A stretch of DNA of 64,000 bases, taken from NCBI RefSeq assembly GCF_006345805.1, contig NC_043014.1, forward strand, positions 19,778,001 through 19,842,000, given 5' to 3'. This DNA comes from Octopus sinensis (Eukaryota). Below are positions 36,981 to 48,041 of this stretch, in pieces. Every line of letters starts with the position of its first letter. Position 1 is the first letter of the stretch. The translations under genes were made by a program, and so were the position numbers. The notes below the pieces were generated by a model, which did no database searches, was not told where the DNA came from, and saw only the letters and a program-made list of their open reading frames with translations.

Positions 36981-37154
36981 GAGGTACTCGCTGCTACCAT
37001 TGTCGATTACAGTCAGAACAAAATACCCCGTGGCCAGAACAAGAGCAACGACAGTCTGGATGAATACAGACAACAGAACATTGACAACATGAACAACTAT
37101 ATCCATGAATATACCTGCCGTGAAATATCTTTCAAAACAAACGATAATGAATGA
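36981..37154 (+). other. Candidate terminal coding exon
   Basis: Strong acceptor CATCTTCCTGCTCTTGTCGCACAG|; non-repetitive sequence; phase 0 reads EVLAATIVDYSQNKIPRGQNKSNDSLDEY..TNDNE*. Product not recognised. Confidence 0.3.
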
Positions 37155-37634
37155 CTGAGTTCCGATAATTATGGAACTGGGATTTGACATCTTTCGATTC
37201 CTATTCCACGGCTTGAATTTGTTGATAAGTATGATAAGGAAGGGTGGCACAAATGGTGGAAAAGAGAAGATTTGAAAAAAGCTACCGGAAAGATCGGGTA
37301 GGAAAGAAGAAATCTAGTCATATTATTCTGGCCAAGACGAATCGTCTGGGCCAAATGTCGAACGACAATAACCTGGACAGTAACAACAGCAACAACAATA
37401 ACAACAACAGCAATAGAAGTAATGGTATGAAAAACAAATGGAAAACAAGAAATATAATAAAAACAAGAATAGCAATAGCGACTTAAATTATCACAACAGT
37501 ATTAGATGCAAAATCAAAATATAACAACTACAACAACAGCAGCAGCAGCAGCAGCAATAACATCAAGAGCAACCCCAACAAATAATTCCCTGTTGTTCGA
37601 AAGGACAACTGCGTATACTCTTACTCTTAACACT

Positions 37635-37848
37635 CTCTTTTACTTGTTTCAGTCATTTGACTGTGGCCATGCTGGAGCACCGCCTTTTAGTCAAGCAAAT
37701 CGACCCCAGGACTTATTCTTTGTAAGCCTAGTACTTATTCTATCGGCCTTTTTTGCCGAACCGCTAAGTTACGGGGACGTAAACACACCAGCATCTGTTG
37801 TCAAGCGATGTTGGGGGAGGGGGACAAACACAGACACACCAAACATAC
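37635..37848 (-). mobile_element. SINE group B 3' half
   Basis: TTTTACTTGTTTCAGTCATTTGACTGTGGCCATGCTGGAGCACCGCC..GCCGAACCGCTAAGTTACGGGGACGTAAACACACCAGC. Confidence 0.9.
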
Positions 37849-37898
<50 letters not shown>

Positions 37899-37899
<1 letters not shown>

Positions 37900-38278
37900 T
37901 AGCACTATCGCACGGCGTTGCTCGGGTTTGTAAGGGAAATAACTATATAAGCATTTTTAGAGAGTTATAGCCAAAAAATAGCAAAAAATGCATTAAAAAT
38001 GGAAAAAATTATGGTAATTTTTTTTTAAATCGTTGACTCATCGTAGACATTTTTAGAGAGTTACTTCCCTTATATAATAGCGAAAAAATGCATTAAAATG
38101 GAAAAAATGATGGTAAAAATCGTAGACTCATCGTAGACGCGCGCTAATACCCAGAAGGGCTCGATATGAATCCCGACTATAAGATACCTGGTTTTGGTTA
38201 AACTGCACCGCAAAATGTGGGAGTAGTTAGGAATCTAAATCTTAGGATACAGACTCACAACTTCACTTTTATATAAAG

Positions 38279-38279
<1 letters not shown>
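37899..38279 (-). mobile_element. Non-autonomous Helitron H2 (same family as H1), inserted in (TA)n
   Basis: A|CTAG at 37899-37902 and GA|T at 38278-38280 (minus-strand TC...CTAG); hairpin CACGGCGTTGCTCGGG; colinear with 14177-14571. Confidence 0.88.
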
Positions 38280-38309
<30 letters not shown>

Positions 38310-38310
38310 A

Positions 38311-38344
<34 letters not shown>

Positions 38345-38469
38345 CTTATATATATATACCCGCGAACGCACACATCCAGACACATTCCCCCTCTCCCTTT
38401 TTTTTACCATACTGTCTTTGAAAACTCTCCTGTCTTTAAAAAACATTATTCTTCCACCTTTCTACTTCC

Positions 38470-38698
38470 GGTCTTTCAATATGTGATCTCATGAGTACCA
38501 CTGGCGATTTTTTTCCTCCGTCTTCCCTTCTCGGGATCTTTCCTTCTCCTATGTTTCCGACGAAGAGTTCCGCTCGAAACGTTAAACCCTCCTTCTTCCC
38601 TTCTTTTCTTGCGCGTCCAATAATACTTTATTTGTTCCACATCTTCGCGTTGTTGTGTTTTTTTGTTTTTTTTGTGTTTTCTTGTTTGGATTAACTTT

Positions 38699-38700
<2 letters not shown>
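38470..38700 (+). mobile_element. Solo PLE 3' terminal repeat related to the 16534-16700 end
   Basis: Same order as the PLE 3' end: hammerhead-like fold, TTC(C/T)TG(A/C)GCG.CCA.TA(C)TAATAC..TTGTTC, T-rich tail, then (TA)n. Confidence 0.65.
38553..38587 (+). ncRNA. Minimal type I hammerhead-like motif (core CCGACGA)
   Basis: GUUU-CCGACGA-A-GAG(UUCCG)CUC-GAAA-CG-UU-AAAC: stem I 4 bp, stem II 3 bp, palindromic AACGUU. U4C deviation, so possibly inactive. Confidence 0.55.
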
Positions 38701-38745
<45 letters not shown>

Positions 38746-38749
38746 TGAA

Positions 38750-39052
38750 AATTAGGAGGAATGACCATCAAAGTGGAGCCCTAATATGCTAAAGATAGAC
38801 GCCAAATCACCCTTACCACGAAGTGTGTGTTCTCACGAAAAATTTCTGGCGTTTGCTGAAATTTTTCTCGCGAACACACTCTTCAGGGTAAGAGCGATTT
38901 GACGTATTTCTTTAGCATATTAAGGTTCAACTTTGGTGGCCATTCTTCTTAATTTGTATGTAATATCATTTTCAATCTTCGGATTTGTTAAATATGCTAA
39001 GCCACTGGTTTTAATTGATTAATATCAATTTTTTACCCTCGTTATTTAAGTT
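38750..39052. mobile_element. (TA)n-embedded foldback element (96-bp imperfect arms) with AT-rich tail
   Basis: Arms at 38750-38845 and 38859-38954, roughly 80% complementary by manual alignment, with a 13-nt loop; tail ends ..TTTTACCCTCGTTATTTAAG(TA)n. Confidence 0.75.
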
Positions 39053-40139
39053 ATATATATATATATATACTGACACAACACACACATTTCACGTTAGTAA
39101 CCAGAATGAAGGAATGAGTTCTTAAGTAGTTTTTCCCAGTAGACATAGAGCATTTCTTTTGTTTCTTGCCGAAAAATCAACATTGAATTTAACGAGAATG
39201 CTGCCCATGAGAAATCAATAGCGTTATGTCATTTATCCTTCGAGCGCTGGTCGAATAGATGCTGATTTTTTTCTTCTTTGCAATAAATCAATGTTACCGA
39301 AACAGTTACAAAATTCTATTAAGACATACACGCGTGCGCGCACATACACACGCGTGCACACTAAAACACATGACTATGTGTATATATATGTATATGTATA
39401 AAGGTATATTGTATAGTTTTTTATAGGTTTGCGTTTACTAAACGTACATTAAGCTTACTGTTTAGTGCCTGACGTTAAGCTACAGTGTCTCGTTAATTGC
39501 CGAACAGAGAAGTTCAGTTACTTAATCTGAGTTCTTATTTTATATATTTTTTTTTCATTTTTCAAGTTCGTCAGGTGTATTTCCTACTTTACTCAAATAC
39601 ACTTGATGAACTTATGAAAACAATCGAAACCAGTCGAATTGTCCCTCAGTCTGTGAACTACCGGAGAATTTCTCAAGTTCAGAGTTACCAGCTAGGAAGT
39701 TTCATAATGTCATAATATATATATATGTGTGTGTGTATATGAGTGTGTGTGTATCTCTGTACCCTGGTACACACACACGTGTGTGTGTGTGCACGTGTGG
39801 GACGTATTTATGTGTACGTGTATCTGTGTGTGTGTTTGTTAATTACTATGATTCATCGCGTCTGTGCGCTGTTATATAGACAGACAGTGACAGACAGACT
39901 GGCAGACAGATAAGAAGTCAATGAGAGAAGAAAGAGGAGGGAAGGTCACACAGACAGACAGACAGACAGACAGAAACAGATGACAAAAACCAGCCAGCCA
40001 ATCGTAGACAGGCATACACAGAAGCAACCAAAGCTGCAAATAAACAGAGAAAAATGATCTTCTTGGCATAGAGAAAACGGAAACTGATCAATGTAGTACG
40101 GTGTATTGAGAGGAGAAGAAGTATAAAGATCAGAGTAAA

Positions 40140-40310
40140 GAGAAGAGGATAGGAGGAGGAGGAGGAGGAGGAGGAGGAGATATTAAAAGAATGTGGAGGA
40201 GAGATGCTGCTGCTGCTGTTACTGCTGCTGATGCTGATGCTCATAATGATGATGATGATGACGATGATGGTGATGATGATGATGATGATGATGACGATGA
40301 TGGGGTTGCC
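40140..40310. repeat. (GGA)n-(GCT)n-(GAT)n compound array
   Basis: Directly visible. Confidence 0.9.
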
Positions 40311-40699
40311 ATGAAAGTTCAGGTGATCTGAACACATGATAGCAGGTGAAATAGGAGAGACGAAGGAATGAGTTATTGGAATATCTTTTGGTGCTGGGTT
40401 TAACCTGTTTGTTGTGGTGGTGTTGTCATTGCCATTGTTGTTGTTGTTGTTGTTGGCAATGATGTAATAGCAGTGTGTCGTGGTGGTGGTGATGGTATGG
40501 AAGCGTATGGAACGCTATTGCTGTTGTTAATGCTGTTGCTATAGTAGTTTGTATTTTGGAGGTTTAAAATGTGGCACTGTCTTTGCTTCTTTCATGTTAT
40601 TATTTTTGCTGTCGTTGCTTTTATCGCCATTGCTGAAATTGTTGATATCGTTATTTTCATTGCTAATGCTTTCATTGTTATTGCTGTTGTTTCTGTTAC

Positions 40700-41480
40700 C
40701 TCTCTACAAGAGACGGAGAACCTAAGGAAGTTACTAGCTTCAAGCACCTAGATGCTTGGATGGAAAGTAACAGAAAGGACTTAGCTGTATGGAAGGCAAT
40801 TTGCTTGGAGTGTCACAAACTGCGTAAAACCTGGAAATCTAAGATGGCGCTTAAATAGAAGGTTTTGTCTCCACGATAAAATCAGTTTTGTTATACGGTA
40901 CTGGAACTCAGACTTTAAGGCGGCGAGCTGGCAGAAACGTTAGCATGCCGGGCGATATGCTTAGCGGTATTTCGTCTGCCGTTACGTTCTGAATTCAAAT
41001 TCCGCCGAGGTCGACTTTGCCTTTCATCCTTTCAGGGTCGATAAATTAAGTAACAGTTACGCATTGGGGTCGATATAATCGACTTAATCCGAATGTCTGT
41101 CCTTGTTTGTCCTCTCTATGTTTAGCCCCTTGTGGGTAGTAAAGAAACAGGTACTGAAATTTAGACGCTCACCAAGAAGCTTGAAACACAAATAAACAGC
41201 TGCTGCACAAGAATGTTGAGAGTGGCTGTGACTGTTACAGGAAGAGCTCATTTAACAAACGAGCATCTTTATCAAAACCTAAGCGAAGTCACGGAGAAGA
41301 TTCAGCAGAGAAGTCAGGCACCCAAAAGAACGTTTGTCAACTGGTCTTGTAGCAGTCATTTGAAGGAAGAATTGACTGGGCCAATAAACGTCTAACCTCT
41401 GTGGACAACTTGCTTCAGGACAGTGGAATGGTAAAAGTTGACGAATTAAGAACACGGGGTACTGTGATGGATGGCGTGCT
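40700..41480 (+). pseudogene. RTE-clade LINE 3' fragment interrupted by a SINE
   Basis: EPKEVTSFKHLDAW..LLYG..TLTKKLETQINSCCTRMLRVAV..HLTNEHLYQNL..KIQQR..VDNLLQDSGMVKVDELRT matches the RTE RT domain 7 and C-terminus pattern. Confidence 0.7.
40918..41153 (+). mobile_element. SINE group A, full length, well conserved
   Basis: AGGCGGCGAGCTGGCAGAAACGTTAGCATGCCGGGCG..GAATTCAAATTCCGCCGAGGTCGACTTTGCCTTTCATCCTTTCAGGGTCGATAAATTAAG..CCCCTTGTGGGTAGTAAAGAAAC; degenerate TSD at 40897-40914/41150-41167. Confidence 0.92.
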
Positions 41481-42493
41481 CGCATGAAATCATTTAAGCG
41501 ACCGGCTGTACGGCCAAACTAAACTGAAGCTGTGGTCACTGCCGTTGTTGTTATCTATTACTATTGTTATTGCTGCTGCTGCTGCTGGTGGTTCTGCTAT
41601 TGTCTGTACTATTGTTTCAGTTGATGCTACTGTTGGTGTTGCTGTCTTCATTGTGATATCAGTAGTAGTCTATTTGTGTGTGGTTATTGTTGTTGCTCTT
41701 ATTTCCTCCTCATCAAAAGCATTCCTGCAATGACCACCCAGAGTTCTTCCTGCGCGCAAAGAACTCAAGATCGCTTTATCCAGTACACTACTTTCTAACT
41801 CGGTAGTCTTCGATGGTGGCGGTAGTGGTAGTAATGATGATGATGAGGAGGGGGAGGAAGACAAGAATAACAACGAAGGTAACGAATAATACGATCACCA
41901 CCACGCCGATTACGATGTGCTAATTGTGTAGATAACGTTGGTGCACATTGTGGTGATGAGGTCAACGATGAAGACGAGGAGGAGTTGAATAAAGAAGAGG
42001 AAGAAAAAAAGAGAAAGTTAGACAGCGAGAATGGAGAGGATAAGGATTTCCAATATCATCATCATTATTACAAACACGTTGATGATTGTTCTCTCACTTA
42101 AGCAACAATATCAATTACCGCAAAAACGACAAAAATAATATTCAGCTGAGGAGGTTCGTTAGAATATTTATCTCGGTGGCAGTGATGAATTAGCGACGAG
42201 AAGAAAGTAGATATTTATATACACTCCATCATCATCATCATCACTATCGTCGTCGTAGTTGCCGTCACCGTCGTCATCAACATTATTTTTTTAATTGGTA
42301 TTTTAGAATCGTTGGACACGAGAAGATAAGACACACGCGACATAGAGATAAATCCATTCATAGCGATAGATTGACTGACGTAAGTACAAACAGAGAAGGC
42401 AAACACGTACAACACACACACAACCACAAACACACATCATCTTCATATATACGTATATACATACATACATATATATATAAATACATACATACT

Positions 42494-42528
<35 letters not shown>

Positions 42529-42726
42529 TTGTTTTCGTGGTGGAAATTCTTCCATCTTATCCTAATGCAACAGGAAATATATATATATATATATAGATAT
42601 AGATATATATATATATATATACGTATATACATACGTATATATACATATAACTATATATACACACACACACACATATATATATATGTATACATACATATAT
42701 ATATTCATATATGTATATATATACAT

Positions 42727-42758
<32 letters not shown>

Positions 42759-42759
42759 G

Positions 42760-42790
<31 letters not shown>

Positions 42791-42804
42791 TATATGTATG
42801 TAAA

Positions 42805-43187
42805 TCTCTCTCTATATAAACGGCAGTTTGTCTGTGCGTGTTTCTGTGTGTCTGTTTGCTTGTACCCTCACCCTGACCACGGCTTTCAACCGATTCTGAT
42901 GAAACTTGACACACACATAGCCCAATGTCATAATTCAAAACTAACGCAGCGAAAATTTTGTAAAGTTCCCCCAGTTCTGAAAAAAATCGATAAATTCGAC
43001 ATGGGGTCGAGAATCAGAAACACAAACCACAAACTGTCTAGGGGACGCAACTCCACCTTTTTATCTCTAAAAAAAAATTTACCATCATTTTTTTCCATTT
43101 CTTGGCTATTTTTTGGCTATAACTCTCTAAAAATGATTTATAGTTATTTCCCTTACAAACCTGAGCAACGCCGGGCGATACTGCTAG
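42805..43187 (+). mobile_element. Non-autonomous Helitron H3 (5' end of H4 type, 3' end of H1/H2 type)
   Basis: A|TC at 42805, CTAG|T at 43184-43187, hairpin CCTGAGCAACGCCGGG. 42820-43065 matches H4; 43075-43187 matches the 3' end of H1. Confidence 0.88.
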
Positions 43188-43211
43188 TATATATATATGT
43201 ATATATATATG

Positions 43212-43242
<31 letters not shown>

Positions 43243-43481
43243 CTGTGTGTGCGTGCGCGTGCGTGTGTGTGTGTGTATAATGTGGAAAGGCTTCAACAAG
43301 TAGGATGCCGCTCGATCAGCTAAGGGAATAAAGATAACGTTATAATAAAAAACCACAATTCTTGTTAAGTAGAGGTGCCCGGGTAGCTGTATTTAGCAAC
43401 TGTGATTTTTTTTATTATAACACACACACACACATACACACACACGCACACGCACACGCACGCACACACACACACACACAT

Positions 43482-43512
<31 letters not shown>

Positions 43513-43523
43513 AAGAGAGAGAG

Positions 43524-43815
43524 GGAGCACTCCATCGGTTACGACGACGAGGGTACAGCTTGCTCGTGAAATTAACGTTCAACTGGCTGAGCACTCCACA
43601 GACACTTGTACCGTTAAAGTAGTTCTCAAGGAGATTCAGCCTGACATAGAATGTAACCAGACTGACTCTTTGAAATACAGGTACTATACATTTTTACTGG
43701 CTGAGCAACGTGAAATAAAGTGTCTTGCTCAAGGACACAACGCGTAGCCGGGAATTGAACTCACGACCTTACGATCGTGAGCCGAATGCCAGAACCACTA
43801 AGCTACGTGCCTTCA
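43524..43815 (-). mobile_element. SINE group C
   Basis: Minus-strand head TGAAGGCACGTAGCTTAGTGG (A box)..GAGTTCAATTCC (B box), then CORE-like GTTGTGTCCTTGAGCAAGACACTTTATTTCACGTTGCTC; tail CCCTCGTCGTCGTAACCGATGGAGTG. Confidence 0.85.
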
Positions 43816-43821
43816 CATCTT

Positions 43822-44025
43822 CTTTTTATCTTTTACTTGTTTCAATCATTTGACTGCGGCAATGCTGGAGCACCGCGTTTAGTCGAGCAAATCGACCCCG
43901 GGACTTATTCTTTGTAAGCCCAGTACTTATTCTATCGGTCTCTTTTGCCGAACCGCTAAGTGACGGGGACGTAAACACACCAGCATCGGTTGTCAAGCAA
44001 TGCTAGGGGGACAAACACAGACACA

Positions 44026-44119
<94 letters not shown>

Positions 44120-44165
44120 GACAGGCTTCTTTCAGTTTCCGTCTACCAAATTCACTCACAAGGCT
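43822..44165 (-). mobile_element. SINE group B, head-truncated, with internal (CA)n(TA)n
   Basis: Close match to 37635-37848, plus CTTTCAGTTTCCGTCTACCAAATTCACTCACAAGGCT. Confidence 0.9.
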
Positions 44166-45149
44166 ACTGAATAATTGTCACATATTATTTTACAGATAAA
44201 TTCCTCTATTTACATAATATATGATATGTATATGCATGTATACATGTATATATGTAAGCATATATATGTAGGTATGAATACATGTGTGTGAGTGTGTGTG
44301 TGTGCGTGTGTGTGTGTACGTATGCGTGTGTGCTTGTGTGTATGTGTGTGTCTGTTTTTGTGTGTCTGCGTGTGTATAAACATCTTTACGAAAATATATC
44401 ACGTTTTTGTCGGCTCCCTCTTTTTCACTCTCTATTACCTTTCTTTTTTCTTCCTCTCTTTGCTTCCCTCCCTTAGTCTGTCTGTATGTCACTAACTCTA
44501 GGTAAACACCTCAGATATAGACACAGGCAGTGCGGTCATTTGTGGTTGTTTACTTCATATTTATGATGACGTCGAAATGGTCAAACACGTGACCGTATAG
44601 ACAATCTACTTCACATCGTTGACGTTGTTGCTGTTGTTGGTGGTGATAGTGGTGTTGTTATCATTACTGTTCTTTATACTGATGTTATCTCATAACCGCT
44701 ACGATGTTGTTTTGTTCTTCTTATTGGCGTCTAGCCCCAGGACAAAGAAAGTGAAGAAGAGGATGAACAGGAGCATTGGAGATCGTAAGAATCTTTTGAA
44801 CTTTACAAAGGATTCATTGCGTTACATATTTACTCACGTTTACATTTTCGTTTCAAATCCTGCGAAAAAGAGCATTGCTTCTTATGCTCACGTGGCCATT
44901 CAAGTAGTAGTCAAGTGCTGTTTTCTATTCAATTCGTAAGGCATGTGAGTTTGTACAGTAATCTCACAATATTTTATTCTATAACAATTGTAAGACACAA
45001 TCGCTTGTGCATATTGAGTACGCTGCACGTTCCCTTCAGTTATTTCTTCTCAGCAATGTTTTTGATAATCATGATGGTTAATGGCACTGTACAATATGTG
45101 TGTGTATGTAGATAGGTAGATAAGCATATACATACATATATATATACTT

Positions 45150-46360
45150 TCTTTAGTTTATTTAAAACTACTCATTAGAATTCAATGAAATTTTCACAGA
45201 ATGATGGCAACAGTTATATGTACGTGGTGTGTGAAAAATGTGAGATTTTGCTTAAGAGTAAATTAATTGCGGCCATTTGCATAAATCCAGCGACTTTTCC
45301 GTGTTCCAAATTATTAACGAATGGCCTGATAATCGTGTAATTATGTGTTGTAAATTTGACTTGACTGCTTCAGAGAAATCTGTTATTACTTCCGAACATG
45401 AAAACAGGTAAATCAGCATTAGAAATATCTAAAATAATTGGAAGATATCACCAAACTGAGAAAATCTTTGTTACAGCTCCTACGAAAGTACGTAAGAGAG
45501 AGGGCAAGGGCCAGTCGAGGACTGCTTCTCAACTTTCTCTGTCATGAATTAAACGTGAAGGTTTAAAGAACCCAGGTATTATAAGTGAAGAACTTCTCAC
45601 GCGCAGTAGCCAAACACTCTGTCGAGAACTATCCGATGTCATCTTCTGGAAAATGTCGGTAAACTAGTGACATTAGAAACAAAATACACTCAGAATATCG
45701 TCTGAGATGGGCAGAAGATAACATGGGCAGAAGATAACAGAAGATAACATAATACTCATGCATGATAATACTCTCTTGCACTCAACGTAGAAAATTACCG
45801 AGTATCTGCAACAGTTAGGCTTCTGTGGAACTCGGAAGATGAAGTGGCCTGACTGTCCCCAAAACCTAAACCTAAAAGAAATCTTGTGGAGTTTACGAGA
45901 ATAGACGCCAATTTAGAAGTAGGGATGAACTGTAGCAGGCAGTAGTGGATGCATCTGATGGTACAACATCAGACGAGATCTAGAAATTAGCATGTTTCAT
46001 GGACCAGCAGCTTTTCTAACATATTTCAAACAAAGACTCATATATTCTTTATTAACCAGCTTACCTATCATTTTTGAACGCTGTTTGTTTGTTTTTCATG
46101 TTCATGATTCTGTGTGTTCATTTCAGTATGTACGTCAGACAATTACATTTGTATTTTCTTCCTTCCATGAGTTTTAATTACACCCCTCTCATAATTTGAA
46201 TCAGTGAAAGTTTACGTAAATTTGATAAATGGCCGTAGTTTCTATGTTGCTTTACTGAACTTCATATTCTTTACACATCACACGTATATAACTGTTGCCA
46301 CCACTCTGTGAAAATTTCGTTGAATTCAAACGAGTAGGTAAATAAAATTTAAAAAAACGT
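45150..46360 (+). mobile_element. Old Tc1-like element with long imperfect inverted termini
   Basis: About 130-bp inverted segments (GAATTCAA(T/C)GAAATTTTCACAGA(A/G)TG(A/G)TGGCAACAGTTATAT) at about 45157-45290 and 46215-46346; transposase remnant ILMHDN..KITEYLQQLGFCG..MKWPDCPQNLNLKEILWS. Confidence 0.75.
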
Positions 46361-46808
46361 TACGTTAATAATTTGAAACGCAATGTATACACTCACACAA
46401 ACACACACACATATATACAAACATATATATATATATATATATATTTGTATGTATATATATATATGTATATACATATATGTATACATGTATGTATACATGT
46501 ATGTATGTATGTATGTATGTATGTATATGTATACATAGTTAAGCTGTATGTGAGAAATTTTCTTCTGTGTTGAGTGTTAAACTTCTAACACTCACTGAAG
46601 AAAAAGAAAAGAAAACACATTCTTTGAACGTCTCCCAGACCAATTATTTTCCAGATATAAGAAGCGTGTCTCTTTATAAAATGCTTAATTTAATTTAATT
46701 GCCTCTGGTCATGTCATCCTGGTGGTTTTTAACAAGAATGAAATGGCACGATACACAGTGATTTAAGAAAAGAACGTTTAAGATTTCCGTAGCAAGTAAG
46801 CGATACAA

Positions 46809-46886
<78 letters not shown>

Positions 46887-46900
46887 TAATAATAATAATA

Positions 46901-47114
46901 CTTTCTGCAGGAAGCATACGGCCTCAAATTTGGAGGAGAGGATTAAGCCGATTACCTTGAACCCCCAGTACGTAACTGGTACTTATTTAATCGACGCCCG
47001 AAAGAATGAAAGGCAAAGTCGACCCGAAGAAATTTGAACACAAACCTAAACGCAGACGAAATATGGCTAAGCATTTCGCCTGGCATGCTAACGACTCTGC
47101 CAGCTCGCAGCCTT
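46901..47114 (-). mobile_element. SINE group A
   Basis: Reverse complement AAGGCTGCGAGCTGGCAGAGTCGTTAGCATGCCAGGCGAAATGCTTAGCC..GTCGACTTTGCCTTTCATTCTTTCGGG; (ATT)n tail at 46810-46900. Confidence 0.85.
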
Positions 47115-47119
47115 AATAT

Positions 47120-47245
47120 TGATAATAATAATAATGAAGAAGAGGAGGAGGAGGAGGACGACGACGACGACGAGAAGAAGAAGAAGAAGAAGAAGAAGAA
47201 GAAGAAGAAGAAGAAGAAGAAGAAGAAGAAGAAGAAGAAGAAGAA
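47120..47245. repeat. (AAT)n-(GAG)n-(GAC)n-(GAA)n compound array
   Basis: Directly visible; about 24 GAA units. Confidence 0.95.
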
Positions 47246-47535
47246 TCCGTAATCCACCTATTAATAATATAACGACACTCAGGGACCTTACTCACTTCAA
47301 TGATAGCAACCCTAGTAATACCGCTTCTATTACTAGCAACCTGACCACATATAATAGCAGTGACAGCCTCACCCGGCCCAATACGACTAATGATCACACA
47401 TCCAATTCTTGTTTAAAGACAACAGATCATATGATCATAACCAGACCAGAAAAAGAATCCATACTAGGCCCACCGATTGTAGGAATTGCCGGATCACCCA
47501 ACTTCCTCGGTTGGATGGTTTTGTTTGCGCTATAA
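47246..47535 (+). other. Candidate coding segment: Ser/Thr/Asn-rich stretch with hydrophobic C-terminus
   Basis: Only one + frame is open. It has 5 N-x-S/T sequons and ends GIAGSPNFLGWMVLFAL*. Possible acceptor ACACTCAG| at 47282 is weak. Confidence 0.3.
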
Positions 47536-47715
47536 TGTAGTATATAGTTGCCACGTAATAACACCACCTTTCTCACCAGGTTGGGATTTACATTGGTGAA
47601 ACTGTTGATTGCAAGTGGTAAGACCGGGCTGACATGAATTCGTTTTCAAATCGATCCTGTAGACTCTCTATCTGCAGATCGTATTTACGTGCATCACTCT
47701 TTCTCTCCCTCTCTG

Positions 47716-47746
<31 letters not shown>

Positions 47747-47748
<2 letters not shown>

Positions 47749-48010
47749 GCGCAGGCGTGGCTGTGTGGTAAGAAGCTAGCTACCCAACCACATGGTTTGG
47801 TTGACGGAAACTGAGAGAAACCCGTCGTATATAAATGTGTGTGTCTATGTTTGTCGCCGCCCATCGCTTGACAACCGATTTTGGTGTGTTTACCTCCCCT
47901 AAGAGACCGATAGAATAAGTACCAGGCTTACAGCGTATAAGTCCGGGGCCGATTTCTTCGACAAAAGGCCGTGCTCCAACATGGCGGCAGTCAAATGACT
48001 GAAAGAATAA

Positions 48011-48015
<5 letters not shown>
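47747..48015 (+). mobile_element. SINE group B with internal deletions
   Basis: AGGCGCAGGCGTGGCTGTGTGGTAAGAAGCTAGCTACCCAACCACATGG is joined directly to TTGACGGAAACTGAGAGAAACCCGTCG; tail CAACATGGCGGCAGTCAAATGACTGAAAG. Confidence 0.85.

Positions 48016-48041
<26 letters not shown>

Noticed and set aside
36981-37065. Phase-1 reading GTRCYHC as the start of a Ly6/three-finger domain
   Set aside because: No further cysteines before the stop and no good donor to splice them in.
42896-42905. CTGATGAAAC in Helitrons H3/H4
   Set aside because: No stem II between CUGAUGA and GAAA; part of the Helitron 5' module.
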